A stretch of 64,000 nucleotides of DNA from Octopus sinensis (taxonomy: Eukaryota): the NCBI RefSeq assembly GCF_006345805.1, contig NC_042997.1, positions 96,348,001-96,412,000 of the forward strand. The letters run 5' to 3'. Shown piece after piece: positions 11,898 to 24,330 of the stretch (its first letter is position 1; every line of letters starts with the position of its first letter). The position numbers and the translations under genes were made by a program. The notes below the pieces were generated by a model, which was not told the origin of the DNA, did no database searches, and saw only the letters and a list, made by a program, of their open reading frames with translations.

Positions 11898-12439
11898 TTT
11901 CCAAACATACATAATTCATTAATAAACATGTTTAGAAGCTTTGCGCCCTTTCCTAAAATTTTATGCATAACAATATACAAATTTTATGGTCTTCATTTTG
12001 ATCTTTCATATATTTTTATAACATTTCACCGTTGGTTTGGAACTTTAGTACTTCGAAATTCAGAGCATTGGAAATGTTGTCTCTGGATCTATGAGCAATA
12101 TAAAATACAATATATAACTACATATACACACACGCGCACACAAATACACACACTCTCACACACACATGCATATATCTATATGTATAAACATATATGTGTG
12201 TGTGAGAGCGCGTGTATGTGCGCGCACACGTGTATGTTTGTGTGTGTGTGTGTGTGTGTATCAGTAATCCTTTTATATTGGGTTATACACCTAGTAGTAT
12301 CACGTTTAAGACCTGTACTTTTTGCAAGATATCCGAAACTATGATCTCGTCTGCACGCAATCAGCTACAGGCAAATAGCGAAATATATAATACTCGAACT
12401 AAACGAATACGGGTTTAATGAGGTAGGCACCTTTAGAAA

Positions 12440-12550
12440 AAGTGAACTGACGAGGCACACCTATACCGAATGATGCATCACAGCCAGTTGTACAGAATCT
12501 TATCCGGGAAGGACCGATGTACGGTGGGTCGAAACGATTGTAGTGATTCA
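12440..12550 (+). ncRNA. Degenerate hammerhead-like motif (stem I not formed)
   Basis: CTGACGA 12447-53; stem II GGCACACC/GGTGGGTC (7 of 8 pairs); GAAA 12531-34; ACGATTGT; GUA; no adjacent stem I pairing. Confidence 0.4.
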
Positions 12551-12569
12551 TACACAAACACGCACTATC

Positions 12570-12897
12570 TGGCTTCCGTGCCGGTGGCACGTAAAAGGTC
12601 ACCATTCGAGCGCGATCGTTACCAACGTCGCCTTACTGGCACCTGTGCCGGTGGCATGTGTAAAAAGATGCGAGCGAAGTCATTGCCAGTACCGCCTGAC
12701 TGGCCCCCGTGCCGGTGGCACGTAAAAAGCACCCACTACACTCTCGGAGTGGCTGGCATTATGAAGGGCATCCAGCTGTAGAAACTCTGCCAGATCAAGA
12801 TTGGAGCCTGGTGCAGCCATTTGGTTCGCCAGCCTTCAGTCAAAATCGTCCAACCCATGCTAGAATGGAAAGCGAATGTTAAACGATGATGATGATA
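12570..12897 (+). mobile_element. 3' half of SINE family D with internal gtgccggtggcacgtaaaa repeats and a (TGA)n tail
   Basis: Three gtgccggtggca repeats; gaagggcatccagctgtagaaac; ends ttaaacgatgatgatgat, an RTE-like tail. Confidence 0.75.
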
Positions 12898-13079
12898 TAT
12901 ATGTTTGTGTGTGTGTTTGTGTGTGTGTACATACATACATATATAAATATATTCAATTAGAGTTTAAAATAGCCTCGATAAGGCATAGTAATATTCAATG
13001 AATTACTCGCTCATTGCCTAGGATTTTTGTGAATAAAAACATTCATAAAATAATAGGTCAACATATAAATCTTGGTTTA

Positions 13080-13345
13080 TAAATATTCAAAAGAAAATTT
13101 AGAAAATGGAGATGAAGCATTAATATAATTTATTATCTGCAAAAATCCAATAGAAAATTTCGTTTTTTCGATTTGGTTTGCAAGATTCTGTATGTGAGTT
13201 AGTGTGTTGAAGTATATTCTGTTGTCTGGGGAGAGTCATTCTCTTTTAGTGCCTTATAATTTAACACACTCAACGGTAAAATTTCCACGCATTTACTTAT
13301 TTATCTTTCTAAAAATTTCATTGCGTTTTGCAACCTTTTCAATAG
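13080..13345. mobile_element. Diverged copy of the repeat that forms the 58979-59310 palindrome
   Basis: Shared gtctggggagagtcatt...gtgccttataat...cggtaaaatttccac...ccttttcaatag. Confidence 0.8.
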
Positions 13346-14039
13346 TTTTTTGACTCTGTCCATTATTCAAGCTACATTCTTTTTGTTTGTTTGTGCACAT
13401 GCGTGTCAGTTAGTGTGTGTCCGCATATACATGTATGTATGTATTTATGTATGCATGTCCGTATATATGTATGCATGCATGCATCAAAGTGTGTATATGC
13501 ATGTATGCATGTATGTGTGTGTGCGTATGTATATATCTATGTCTGTACGTTTGTATTCTGCATATTCATGTGTTTGTGTGTTCATGCTTGTATATTTTTA
13601 TATGTATGTGTGTGTGTGTAAACCTCTGTCTCCTTGTGTGTGCATGTCTGAGTGTGTCTCTGTGTGTGTGTGCGTATGGGTTTTTGTGACTATGTACTGT
13701 CTGTATTTATGGATATGTATCTCCATATGCGTGGACGTGTGAAGTGTGTGTGGGTGTGCATGGTCATGTGTTTCAGTCTTCATTTGTTCACGTGTGTGTA
13801 TGTGGGCTTGACTGTTCGTATAACATATGTACCTATCCGTCTGTATGTCTGTTCACTTTCATATCCATATGCCTACATGCATATGCATATACACATACAC
13901 ATACACACACACAGACATACATACATCTATCTACATAACAGCCCACTAACTATTCTACCTGCATATATATATATATAAATTGTGGGTATTGGGGTGTGAT
14001 TATCTACTACGTATATTTCCTATTTAGTAATGGGAATGT

Positions 14040-14580
14040 TTCATGTATGAGTATTTTTTCTGAGTGTTGGGTCCTTTGGGTGTTTAGATAAAATGCGGAT
14101 GTCAAGTTGACCCACGTTGCTTCCCATGTTGGTCCGTGGCATGTTGGTAGTGTATGGAGGACTATTTTTAGTCACTATTTTCTCAAATGTCATTTAGTCT
14201 TTTCGCAATGCTCCTAGATGTGTCCACTATGCATGCCATGTTCGTGTCTTTGCAAGTACCTTCTATGCATCTTATGCTGTTGACTACATTTCTAGTTCTA
14301 CAGCTAATGCCACGGCTAATTCTACATACCATGCAGTTATCATTGGTGCATGTGATATTCTCAAAGGGGGTACGCCCTACATATTTGTGAACTGATGGAG
14401 TTCCCTGGCTTTTCAACAATCTTAACCTCGAGTTTTGTCTCCTTGATATCTTTCCTAAGTCTACAGGCTAGTTCTCCATGCGCTGTGACCGCTACAAACG
14501 CCGCTCCTTGATATTTGTCGGTTTTATACCTCGTGTTCACCCTCTTGGCTTTGTCACAAGCTATTTGTATCCTATTCCAG
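14040..14580 (-). pseudogene. Penelope-like element relic: RT thumb end plus GIY-YIG endonuclease (Neptune/Poseidon-type)
   Basis: Translates with disruptions as ELACRLRK..LEVKIVEKPG, CTNDNCMVC..G.SCR.RNVVNSIRC..G.C, DTSRS..KRL, ILSKHPKDPTLRK. Confidence 0.75.
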
Positions 14581-15677
14581 TGAAAAATATATACCGCTAG
14601 GTTATTAGGTATTGTGTTTTCAAATTATCTCATCAGAGATGATTTTGCCTAATGCAATGATTTAATTGTTGTAATTTACCCTTTTAGGTTAAATTGAAAC
14701 AGCTGTAAGAGAATATGTTGGATTTTTGCGGATAATAAAATATATTAATGCTACATCTCTATTTTCTAAATTTTCATGATGTATATATAGGTAGTTATAT
14801 TCATACAGAGATACGTACACACATACGCACACGCACACACACACATCACACGCATACACACACACACACAAACAGCCTGTAACATCCTGTCGCTGCAGCC
14901 AGTATTTGTTGCTCATTCTCTAATATTTGGGGATGACACCTTTGCACCACTCAGACCACAACGCTCGACCCCGTAGATCTGTTTCTAGGGGCGTTGCTGG
15001 TGAGGGTTTGACGGGGAGCGGAGTACAAAAATGGCCTCAACCGGTTGTAATCGTGTTTTTCGACACGCAGAGGAATCATTGGGTCTATTATTTGACATGC
15101 CGACTATATAAGATGCAATTCACTCATAGCTTAGTCGTATATATATATATATATATATACTACTTTTTTTTAATCTGCAAAATCATTACTAAAGCTGTTT
15201 CTCACAGTTTCACGTTTCCGTTCGGCGGACAGTTGTGACCAAAGAGGCATATTATTCCACCTTCGTATTCGATTATTATTTTCCAAAATTTTGTTTTGTA
15301 GTTGTGCTAATTCTTGTAAATATATATATAATATATATATATATATAATATATATGTTCCTTCAAGCTACATTAATGTATATGATGCCGCAAATTGGCTG
15401 AATATAATCACATAAAGCAGACATGCAATTAATCCATAATACTGTTGTTTAGCATTTCTCCATTCGAATTAATTTCCAATTATCTGATTTATCAGTGGAT
15501 CTTTAGTGTGGCGTAAATTATAATAAATTACAGACGAATGGCGTTTAAGCTTACGACAAGTATTTCGCTGGGAATTTATTTAATGCAGTCCAAATAGATA
15601 ACATCATATTACTTAAATTTCAGGTCCTCAAGCATTACATGAACCTAGTCAACCATAACTTCGCTGAAGTTCATGTA

Positions 15678-15765
15678 CGAGCGAGTGCTGAAAGTTCCTG
15701 GCTTTCGGTAAAAGAAAATAGCGGAGTTTCAGTTAATTATGATTATATTCATCATATTCCCCATA
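15678..15765 (+). mobile_element. Tc1/mariner-type terminal fragment
   Basis: tacgagcgagtgctgaaagttcctggc...cagttaattatgatt; related to 27612-27830. Confidence 0.55.
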
Positions 15766-16195
15766 TATATGTCCGCATGGGTAGACAACATATGCACACG
15801 TTATATACATATACATTCAAAAGCACACATGTCGTTACGCGACCATTCGGTGCATAGACAATTCAGTGCAGGGTATCTTACTGAACTTTGGGGTTAGAGT
15901 TCGACTAATTTTTAAATTTTACTGATTCACCGTCAGCCTTAGTCTATTGAACAAAAATGCTTAAAAACCAATAAATATTAAACTAGTTTCAACCAGTAGT
16001 TAGCTAGTTAAATTTTCATGGGAGATTCAAGACGTGTAGTTATAGTTTCGTATGGGCGTGTGTATATAAGTTACGTTTCCCTGTTTATGTCTATTCATGT
16101 ACGTAATGCTTTTTGTTTATGTATATTTAATTTATTCTATAACTGTTTTGTCTGTTATATATATATATATATTATATATATATATATATATTATA

Positions 16196-16234
<39 letters not shown>

Positions 16235-16281
16235 AATTATAAGTATATGAAAGAATGGAGTTGAACGACTAGTTAACAATA

Positions 16282-16376
16282 TCCTTTATTCTCGACATAT
16301 GTTTCGAAGGCTGCATATTCCTATTCTGAAGGAATAAGGAGTACATTAGGCAGATTTCTCATCAGGAAATCAAGGA
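16282..16376 (-). ncRNA. Type I hammerhead ribozyme in the PLE pseudo-LTR (intact core)
   Basis: Minus strand: TCCTTGATTTC CTGATGA GAA..CTGCCTA...TATGCAG..TTC GAAA CATATG TC GAGAATAAAGGA; palindromic stem III ACATATGT; imperfect stem I. Confidence 0.78.
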
Positions 16377-16929
16377 ACTTATGTCGACATCAAAATGCAC
16401 AAAAGACTTTTAGCTGACCGCTCTCAAGGAGCCCATGGCGATAATGAGTGTCTCTTTATAATGAGTGACGTCAGAGTGGCTGAATGTAGAAGAATCTAGA
16501 AGTTTCTATAGGTTCAAGAGTTCAAACGAAGTAGGAGGAGGGAGGTATAAGAATAGTAAGGGGAGAGAGTGCAGGTCAAAAGAATGGTGGGTTTAAATGA
16601 TTTCTTTTGTGAATGAGTGCCTGTGTGTGTGACTGTATATAACTGTCTTAATGTGTGTATGTGTGTGTCTGAATTCGTGATTGTGTTTGTGGATGGGTAG
16701 ATGTCAGAAAACTGACAGCTGTGAGGTGAAAGATCTGTGTCTGTGTGTTCGATTATGTTTACTGTAGAGAAAGAAAAGGAGATAGCGAAAGGGAGAGAGA
16801 CCCGGGCGAGGTGAGAGGCAACGCAAGAATGGATAGTAGTAATTGGGAATATAAGAAAATCTTTTTGACTATTGGGGTGAAATATAGCAAATTTTTGTTT
16901 GGAAATCGAGGGGTTATCTATATTAGTCA

Positions 16930-19007
16930 CTATTTATATGAGTGAAAGGTGTGTCTTTTCCAGTGTAAACACCTGTAGGATCTTTCGACGATTGTGTTTA
17001 TTAAAGGGCCTTTGGCGAACAAAATATGAAAAAGTTCGGAATTACAGATGCCACAAAATTTTCTGCTTTTATCAAACGGGAAGGACACCGACAAAATGGA
17101 CCATTCGAGCTTAAACCTAGTGTTATTGTTCTTCAGACGCCAGACTAATTTGCTTAGCCCCGTGCTGTGTTGCTTCCTCTTATCTCTTAAAGTGGAATAA
17201 TGGTTGGAGATCCTTTGGGCTAATTTAGAAGAGGTTGCGCCAATATAGAAGTAGACATCGGTTCCAGAAGAGATTTTGCATTGGTAAGTGGTGTTTCTAA
17301 TTTTGGAATTATTGGATAAGAACTTTAATCTATTGGGGTTGTTTTCCGATACTAAGACAGAGTTTTTATTGTTGTGATAGGTGAAAAAATTGTTGCTGGC
17401 TTTGGCCACGATACTATTCATCTTATTATCATTACTATTAGTTGTAATATCGTCGGCAAATTCTCTGGCTATAGGAATGCTGCGATTGTTATCATCAATA
17501 ATATAACTGTTATTAAGAATGCTGGTACTATTACCACTAACACCACCACTGTTAATAATCTGGCTAATGTTATTATCATTATTACTATTGCTGACGCTAA
17601 TGTTCTATGAATGTTTGTAATATCCATATTACTTACTTCTATTATTATTATTATTGTATGTTACGCGTTGGAATGGGTAAGGGCGGTGTCGCTACTCATG
17701 GGTAGAGAGACCCTATTTAGCAGCTTATTATTGTGGGAAGCTATTATCTACGAAAGATTTTTAGTATTTCAGAATGGTATTCTTAATTTATGCGAATTTA
17801 TAGTGGAGTAGTATCTAGAATTCCTAGGAAAATTCTTAGTAACGGCTTCACGGAATTGTAAAGGGAGATTAGACCTGATTTGTCTCCCGAAAGGAATCAC
17901 AAACCAGATATATTTTTTTTTGTTCTTGGAATGGCTGAGAGTGTTGACATTTACATTAAAGGGTATATTTCTGTGTTGTAGAATGGGTTTAGGTTTACGC
18001 TGGCCTCCCCTGGTCCGTAAGTTATTATTGTAAAATATATTTGTGTCGACGTCGACGTTGCTAGAGTTGAAATCACTATTTATGTTATTTATATTATTAT
18101 TAGAAGTTATCTTATCTTGATGGGCAGATATTAGTTTAGGACGGGCCGGATCGATATATGATACCTTATCCCTATAACCGGCCTTTGACAAGGCGGCATT
18201 ATAAAATTCAGCTTTCTGTTTAAAAATGTCGACATTTGCTGATAACTTAGATAGTCTTAAGGATATATTTTTAACCAAATTATCGATGATAGTTTTTGCA
18301 TGGTTACTGAAAATACTGACATATTTTAGGTTCGTAGACGGCTTATGGTAAAGGGAAGTAAGAATTATTATGCAAATTTATGGTAACATCTAAGAAATTG
18401 GCCTTAGTTAGCTCGTTGTCAAAAATTATGCTTATGCCCACCCTGCTGAAAAATCTAACTAATCTATTTTTAGTCTTCTGTATCCTACTGATAGGGCATT
18501 CTGTAAGTAAAAAAGACAATCGTCTCGATACAGACCGCCGCAGATGTCCGGGAATTGGTCGGCTAATTCATATAGAATATAGATTCCGACCAAATCGGCT
18601 ATCTGGGCGCTATCTGAGCTTCCCATTGGCACATCGAACGCGTTGGGAGTATCCTTACGGACCCATAACTTATCATCGAATTGAATGAAGGATTTTCTAG
18701 CGGCTAGAATTATATTAATTTCCTCCCTTGTCAGCCCTGCCTTGTTATGTGCGTGCCATAGGGCCTTATTGAGCACGATGGGGTTTATCGAAGGGTAGAA
18801 ATGGGAAATATCGAATTGAATGAATTTAGTGCTATTTTTATTTAAAATGGAAGATAACCATTCTAAGACTTGAGTGGAGTTAGACCATATGTTGAGTTTA
18901 AGCTTATTAGCTAATCTAGGTATGTATTTATCTAAAATGTACTTACTTATGGAACCGATGTCGGAACTAGAAGGGCAAATGAGCCTTAATGCTGGGTTGA
19001 TTTGGAA
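16930..19007 (-). pseudogene. 5'-truncated PLE ORF (RT core, thumb, GIY-YIG) in the inverted arm
   Basis: FIQFDISHFYPSI, FDVPMGSSDSAQIADLVG, GGLYRDDCLF, NFLDVT; endonuclease TTYQCKI..YFYIGAT..QRISNH..CGICNSE; stops and frameshifts. Confidence 0.92.
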
Positions 19008-19026
19008 TTTTGATGTCGACATAAGT

Positions 19027-19122
19027 TCCTTGATTTTCCTGATGAGAAATCTGCATAATGTACTCCTTATTCCTTCAGAATTAGGAATATGCAGCCTTCA
19101 AAACATATGTCGAGTATAAATG
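19027..19122 (+). ncRNA. Hammerhead in the 5' pseudo-LTR with a core mutation (GAAA to AAAA)
   Basis: CTGATGA at 19039-45; ttc-AAAA-catatgtc at 19097-19111. Confidence 0.65.
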
Positions 19123-19360
19123 ATATTTGTTAACTAGTCGTTCAACTCCATTCTTTCATATACTTGTAATTTTAAAATAAACGTACAAATTTCCGCACGA
19201 AGACACGTAGTCTATGCCTTAGGGACGTATTTTCAACCGTGTTCTTTCTGATGTGAATTTGCTAGCCAGGTATCGGTTATCTTTGAATTATCCTTAATAA
19301 GATAATTCATTCAATTACTCTATATTCATATACAGCTTCGTCCAGGTCCTGCTACCTTAA

Positions 19361-21899
19361 CAGATACCACACATTGAGTTGTTCGAGATTAACGCATCCC
19401 TTAAGGACATACCAATACCACCAAACGAAACCTTCCTTAAGGAAATTGTCAACCAAACAAATGCATTCATCAACTGAATTAGATGGCTCGCTTTCTTCCA
19501 TGATAACGAGGAATTAAAACAGAACGGTACAGAAACATCTTCCGAATATAAGAAGCTATTCAAGTCGAGGGAGACACCGCCACCCAATCCCAGACTGAAG
19601 AAATTTGAGGACGACTTGTGGGACATTGTAAGGAGCGTTAAATTCCGTAAATCGCCCTTAGGAATAAACACCTTTGATACCTCAACAAAATTACGAAAGA
19701 TATAAACAGCTCAGACGCTATCCTGGTCCAATCAGATAAAACCAGGAATATATACAAGCTAGCAAAAAACCAGTATTTAGAATTGCTCAAGAAGGAAATA
19801 CAGAAGAATTACAGAACTACGAATAAGGATACACTTAGAAAAGCCAACTTGGAACTTAAGAAAATCATGGTTACTCATGGTTTGCAAATGAAAATACAAC
19901 CACTCAACCCAAGGCAACCAAGATTCATCGTCAAGGACCATAAAGCAAACTTCCAAACCAACCCAGCATTAAGGCTCATTTGCCCTTCTAGTTCCGACAT
20001 CGGTTCCATCAGTAAGTACATTTTAGATAAATACATACCTAGATTAGTTAATAAGCTTAAACTCAACATATGGTCTAACTCCACTCAAATCGTAGAATGG
20101 TTCTCTTCCATTTCTAATAAAAATAGCACTAAATTCATTCAATTCGATATTTCCCATTTCTACCCTTCGATAAACCCCATCGTGCTCAATAAGGCCCTAT
20201 GAGGAAATTAATATAATTCTAGCCGCTAGAAAATCCTTCATTCGATGATAAGTTATGGATCCGTAAGGATACTCCCAACTCGTTCGACGTGCCAATGGGA
20301 AGCTCAGATAGCGCCCAGGTAGCCGATTTGGTCGGAATCTATATTCTATACGAATTAGCCGACCAATTCCTGGACATCTGCGGCGGTCTGTATCGAGACG
20401 ATTGTCTTTTTTACCTACAGAATGGCTCAAACAGTAGGATACAGAAGACTAAAAGTAGATTAGTTAGATTTTTCAGCAGGATGGGCATAAGCATAATTTT
20501 TGACAACGAACTAACTAAGGTCAATTTCTTAGATGCTAACCTAAAACGATAATTTGGTTAAAAATATATCCTTAAGACTATCTAAGTTATCAGCAAATGT
20601 CGACATTTTTAAACAGAAAGCTGAATTTTATAATGCCGCCTTGTCAAAGGCCGGTTATAGGGATAAGGTATCATATATCGATCCGGCCCGTCCTAAACTA
20701 ATATCTGCCCATCAAGATAAGAGAACTTCTAATAATAATATAAATAACATAAATAATGATTTCAACTCTAGCAACGTCGACGTCGACACAAATATATTTT
20801 ACAATAATAACTTACGGACCAGGGGAGGCCAGCGTAAACCTAAACCCATTCTACAACACAGAAATATACCCTTTAATGTAAATGTCAACACTCTCAGCCA
20901 TTCCAAGAACAAAAAAAAATATATCTGGTTTGTGATTCCTTTCGGGAGACAAATCAGGTCTAATCTCCCTTTACAATTCCGTGAAGCCGTTACTAAAAAT
21001 TTTCCTAGGAATTCTAGATACTACTTCACTATAAATTCGCATAAAATAAGAATACCATTCTGAAATACTAAAAATCTTTCGCAGATAATAGCTTCCCACA
21101 ATAATAAGCTGCTAAATAGGGTCTCTCTACCCATGAGTAGCGACACCGCCCTTACCCATTCCAACGTAACATACAATAATAATAATAATAGAAGTAATAT
21201 GGATATTAACAACATTCATAGCAGCATTAGCGTCAGCAATAGTAATAATGATAATAACATTAGCCAGATTATTAACAGTGGTGGTGTTAGTGGTAATAGT
21301 ACCAGCATTCTTAATAACAGTTATATTATTGATGATAACAATCGCAGCATTCCTATAGCCAGAGAATTTGCCGACGATATTACAACTAATAGTAATGATA
21401 ATAAGATGAATAGTATCGTGGCCAAAGCCAGCAACAATTTTTTCACCTATCACAACAATAAAACTCTGTCTTAGTATCGGAAAACAACCCCAACAGATTA
21501 AAGTTTTTATCCAAAAATTCCAAAATTAGAAACACCACTTACCAATGCAGAATTTCTTCTGGAACCGATGTCTACTTCTATATTGGCGCAACCTCTTCTA
21601 AATTAGCCCAAAGGATCTCCAACTATTATTCCACTTTAAGAGATAAGAGAAAGCAACACAGCACGGGGCTAAGCAAATTAGTCTGGCGTCTGAAGAACAA
21701 TAACACTAAGTTCAAGCTCGAATGGTCCATTTTGTCGGTGTCCTTCCCGTTTGATAAAAGCAGAAAATTTTGTGGCATCTGTAATTCCGAACTTTTTCAT
21801 ATTTTGTTCGCCAAAGGCCCTTTAATAAACACAATCGTCGAAAGATCCTACAGGTGTTTACACTGGAAAAGACACACCTTTCACTCATATCAAAAATGA
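19361..21899 (+). pseudogene. Nearly full-length PLE ORF (N-terminal domain, RT, thumb, Asn-rich linker, GIY-YIG); clade tentatively Nematis-like
   Basis: SLKDIPIP..FIN*IRWLAFF, QSDKTRNIY, KDHKANF..LRLICPS, FDISHFYPSI, PMGSSDSAQ, LYRDD, YIGAT, CGIC; multiple stops, deletions and frameshifts. Confidence 0.92.
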
Positions 21900-22460
21900 C
21901 TAATATAGATAACCCCTCGATTTCCAAACAAAATTTTTGCTATATTTCACCCCAATAGTCAAAAAGATTTTCTTATATCCCAATTACTACTATCCATTCT
22001 TGCGTTGCCTCTCACTTCGACCGGTTCTTTCTCCCTTTCGCTATCTCCTTTTCTTTCTCTACAGTAAACATAATCGAACACAGAGACACAGACCTTTCAC
22101 CTCACAGCTGTCAGTTTTCTGACATCTACCCATCCACAAACACAATCACGCATTCAGACACACACATACACACATTAAGACAGTTATATACAGTCACACG
22201 CACAGACACTCATTCACAAAAGAAATCATTTAAACCCACCATTCTTTTGACCTGCACTCTCTCCCCTTACTATTCTTATACCTCTCTCTTCCTACTTCGT
22301 TTGAACTCTTGAACCTTTAGAAACTTCTAGATTCTTCTACATTCATCCACTCTGACGTCACTCATTATAAAGAGACACTCATTATTGCCATGGGCTCCTT
22401 GAGAGCGGTCAGCTAAAAGTCTTTAGTGTATTTTGTGCATTTTGATGTCTTTTGTGCATT

Positions 22461-22545
22461 TTGATGAGAAATCTGCATAATGTACTCCTTATTCCTTCAG
22501 AATTAGGAATATGCAGCCTTCGAAACATATGTCGAGAATAAAGGA
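22461..22545 (+). ncRNA. Hammerhead remnant in the 3' pseudo-LTR (5' stem I strand and C3 deleted)
   Basis: TTGATGA 22461-67; GAAA 22522-25; CATATGTC; upstream deletion between two tgatg microhomologies plus a 19-nt duplication. Confidence 0.65.
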
Positions 22546-22768
22546 TATTTGTTAACTAGTCGTTCAACTCCATTCTTTCATATACTTATAATTTTAAAAT
22601 TAACATACAAATTTCCGCACGAAGACACGTAGTCTATGTCCTAGGGACGTAGCTTCAACCGTGTTCTTTCTGATGTGAATTTTCTACCCAGGTATCGGTT
22701 ATCTTTCGAATTATCCTTAATAAGATAATTCATTCAATTACTCAAATATATATATATATGTGTATGAG

Positions 22769-22799
<31 letters not shown>

Positions 22800-22800
<1 letters not shown>

Positions 22801-23107
22801 GAGACGAAATGGCCCAGTGGTTAGGGCAGCGGACTCGTGGTCGTACGATTGCGGTTTCGATTCCTAGACCGGGCGTTGTGAGTGTTTATTGAGCGAAAAC
22901 ACATAAAAAGCTCCACGAGGCTCCAGCAGAGGGTGCTGATCCCTGCTGTACTCTTTCACCACACTTTCTGTCACTCTTTCTTCTGTTGGCCTACTCGCTT
23001 AGCCAGCGGGGTGGCGTCATTAGAAGGCTAAAACAATGCGAACGCATTGTGACCAGCGATATGTAACAACATCTGATGGTCTGATCGGTCACGTGATCTG
23101 ACGTGAT
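22800..23107 (+). mobile_element. Full-length SINE family C with a tRNA-like head
   Basis: A-box-like tggcccagtggttagg, B-box-like ggtttcgattcc, then family body and tail. Confidence 0.88.
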
Positions 23108-23274
23108 ATATATATATATATTATATTAAATTAGAGATAAAACCTCTATTAGGCAAATCAAACAGTGAAAATCATAAGCCAATACATAGAAATAAAATTA
23201 ATTTTAAAAATATAAAATTGGATTTAATCCTAAATCTAATTTTTCCCTGTAAGTTTGGATTTACACGCTAATAT

Positions 23275-23319
<45 letters not shown>

Positions 23320-23706
23320 TATACATATATATATACATATATATATAATACATATATATATATATACATATATATATATACATATATATACACATATATA
23401 TACATATATATATACATATAAATATATATATAAATATATATATACATATATATATATACATATATATATACATATATATATATATGCATATATATATATG
23501 CATATATATATATGCATATATATACATATATACATATATATATATAATATATATACATATATATAACATATATATATATATAACATATATATATATGCAT
23601 ATATATATATATACATATATATATGCATATATATATATATATATATACATTATATACATATATATATACATATTTATATACATATATATATATATATATA
23701 CATACA

Positions 23707-23750
<44 letters not shown>
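23275..23750. repeat. Long (TA)n/(TACA)n microsatellite
   Basis: Seen directly. Confidence 0.95.
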
Positions 23751-23751
<1 letters not shown>

Positions 23752-24205
23752 ATCATTCAACCACAGTAGTGGTTGAATATATTCCTAAGTCCGCCATTTC
23801 ATCAAAGCTTCACCCCTAATTCAGTTCTCAAATAAATTGCAAACTGTTAATAGTTTTAAAGAGGACACCTCTTCAGCTACGCTTTGGCATAAATATTTTG
23901 AGATCTGGCACACTAGGAAAAAAGTTACATCAAAATATCTGCGAAGTCAAGGGGGGCAGTAAGGCACCTATTCACCTTCAATTAACATAAACTTTATAAT
24001 TCTAAAATAAAAGTATACCTTTCTTAAGCCTAAATGATAGAAACATGTATGAGGAATTCAGAGTCGTCAGTCGCATTGAACACAAATTAGCAGAAAAAAA
24101 TTTATGGGGTGAAATACCACGAAGCTTCGCGTAAGTAAGAGAGTAAAGAAGTAAAGCTTAGCAATAAGAATAAAGAATATACTGCTAAAATGAATGGCTC
24201 CGTTC

Positions 24206-24330
24206 AAAGGTGGCGAATTGGCAGAGACGTAAGTTCCTCGGGCGGAGTGGTTAGCGGTATTGCACTTGTGTTTATATTTTGAGTTCAAATTTCTCCTGAT
24301 GTCGCCTTTGCTTTTTATCTATTTCGAATG
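24206..24330 (+). mobile_element. Degenerate 5' part of SINE family A
   Basis: aaggtggcgaattggcaga...ttgagttcaaatt...gtcgcctttgc. Confidence 0.65.

Larger units (their letters stand above)
16231..22743. mobile_element. Penelope-like retroelement insertion with two divergent inverted arms (minus arm 16231-~19007, plus arm ~19007-22743)
   Basis: The arms are near-identical reverse complements; RT and GIY-YIG motifs; pseudo-LTR copies with hammerheads; both outer ends abut (TA)n. Confidence 0.93.

Noticed and set aside
14600-14640. CTGATGA...GAAA on the minus strand next to the PLE relic
   Set aside because: Stem II is only 2 bp and there is no stem I or III.
21895-21965. SECIS element after the PLE stop codon
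   Set aside because: A hairpin starting ATGA exists (AATATAG/CTATATT) but lacks the 3' GA of the quartet.
22800-22880. tRNA gene (also 47615-47690 and other SINE heads)
   Set aside because: The A/B boxes continue into SINE bodies and no complete cloverleaf or terminator is evident.
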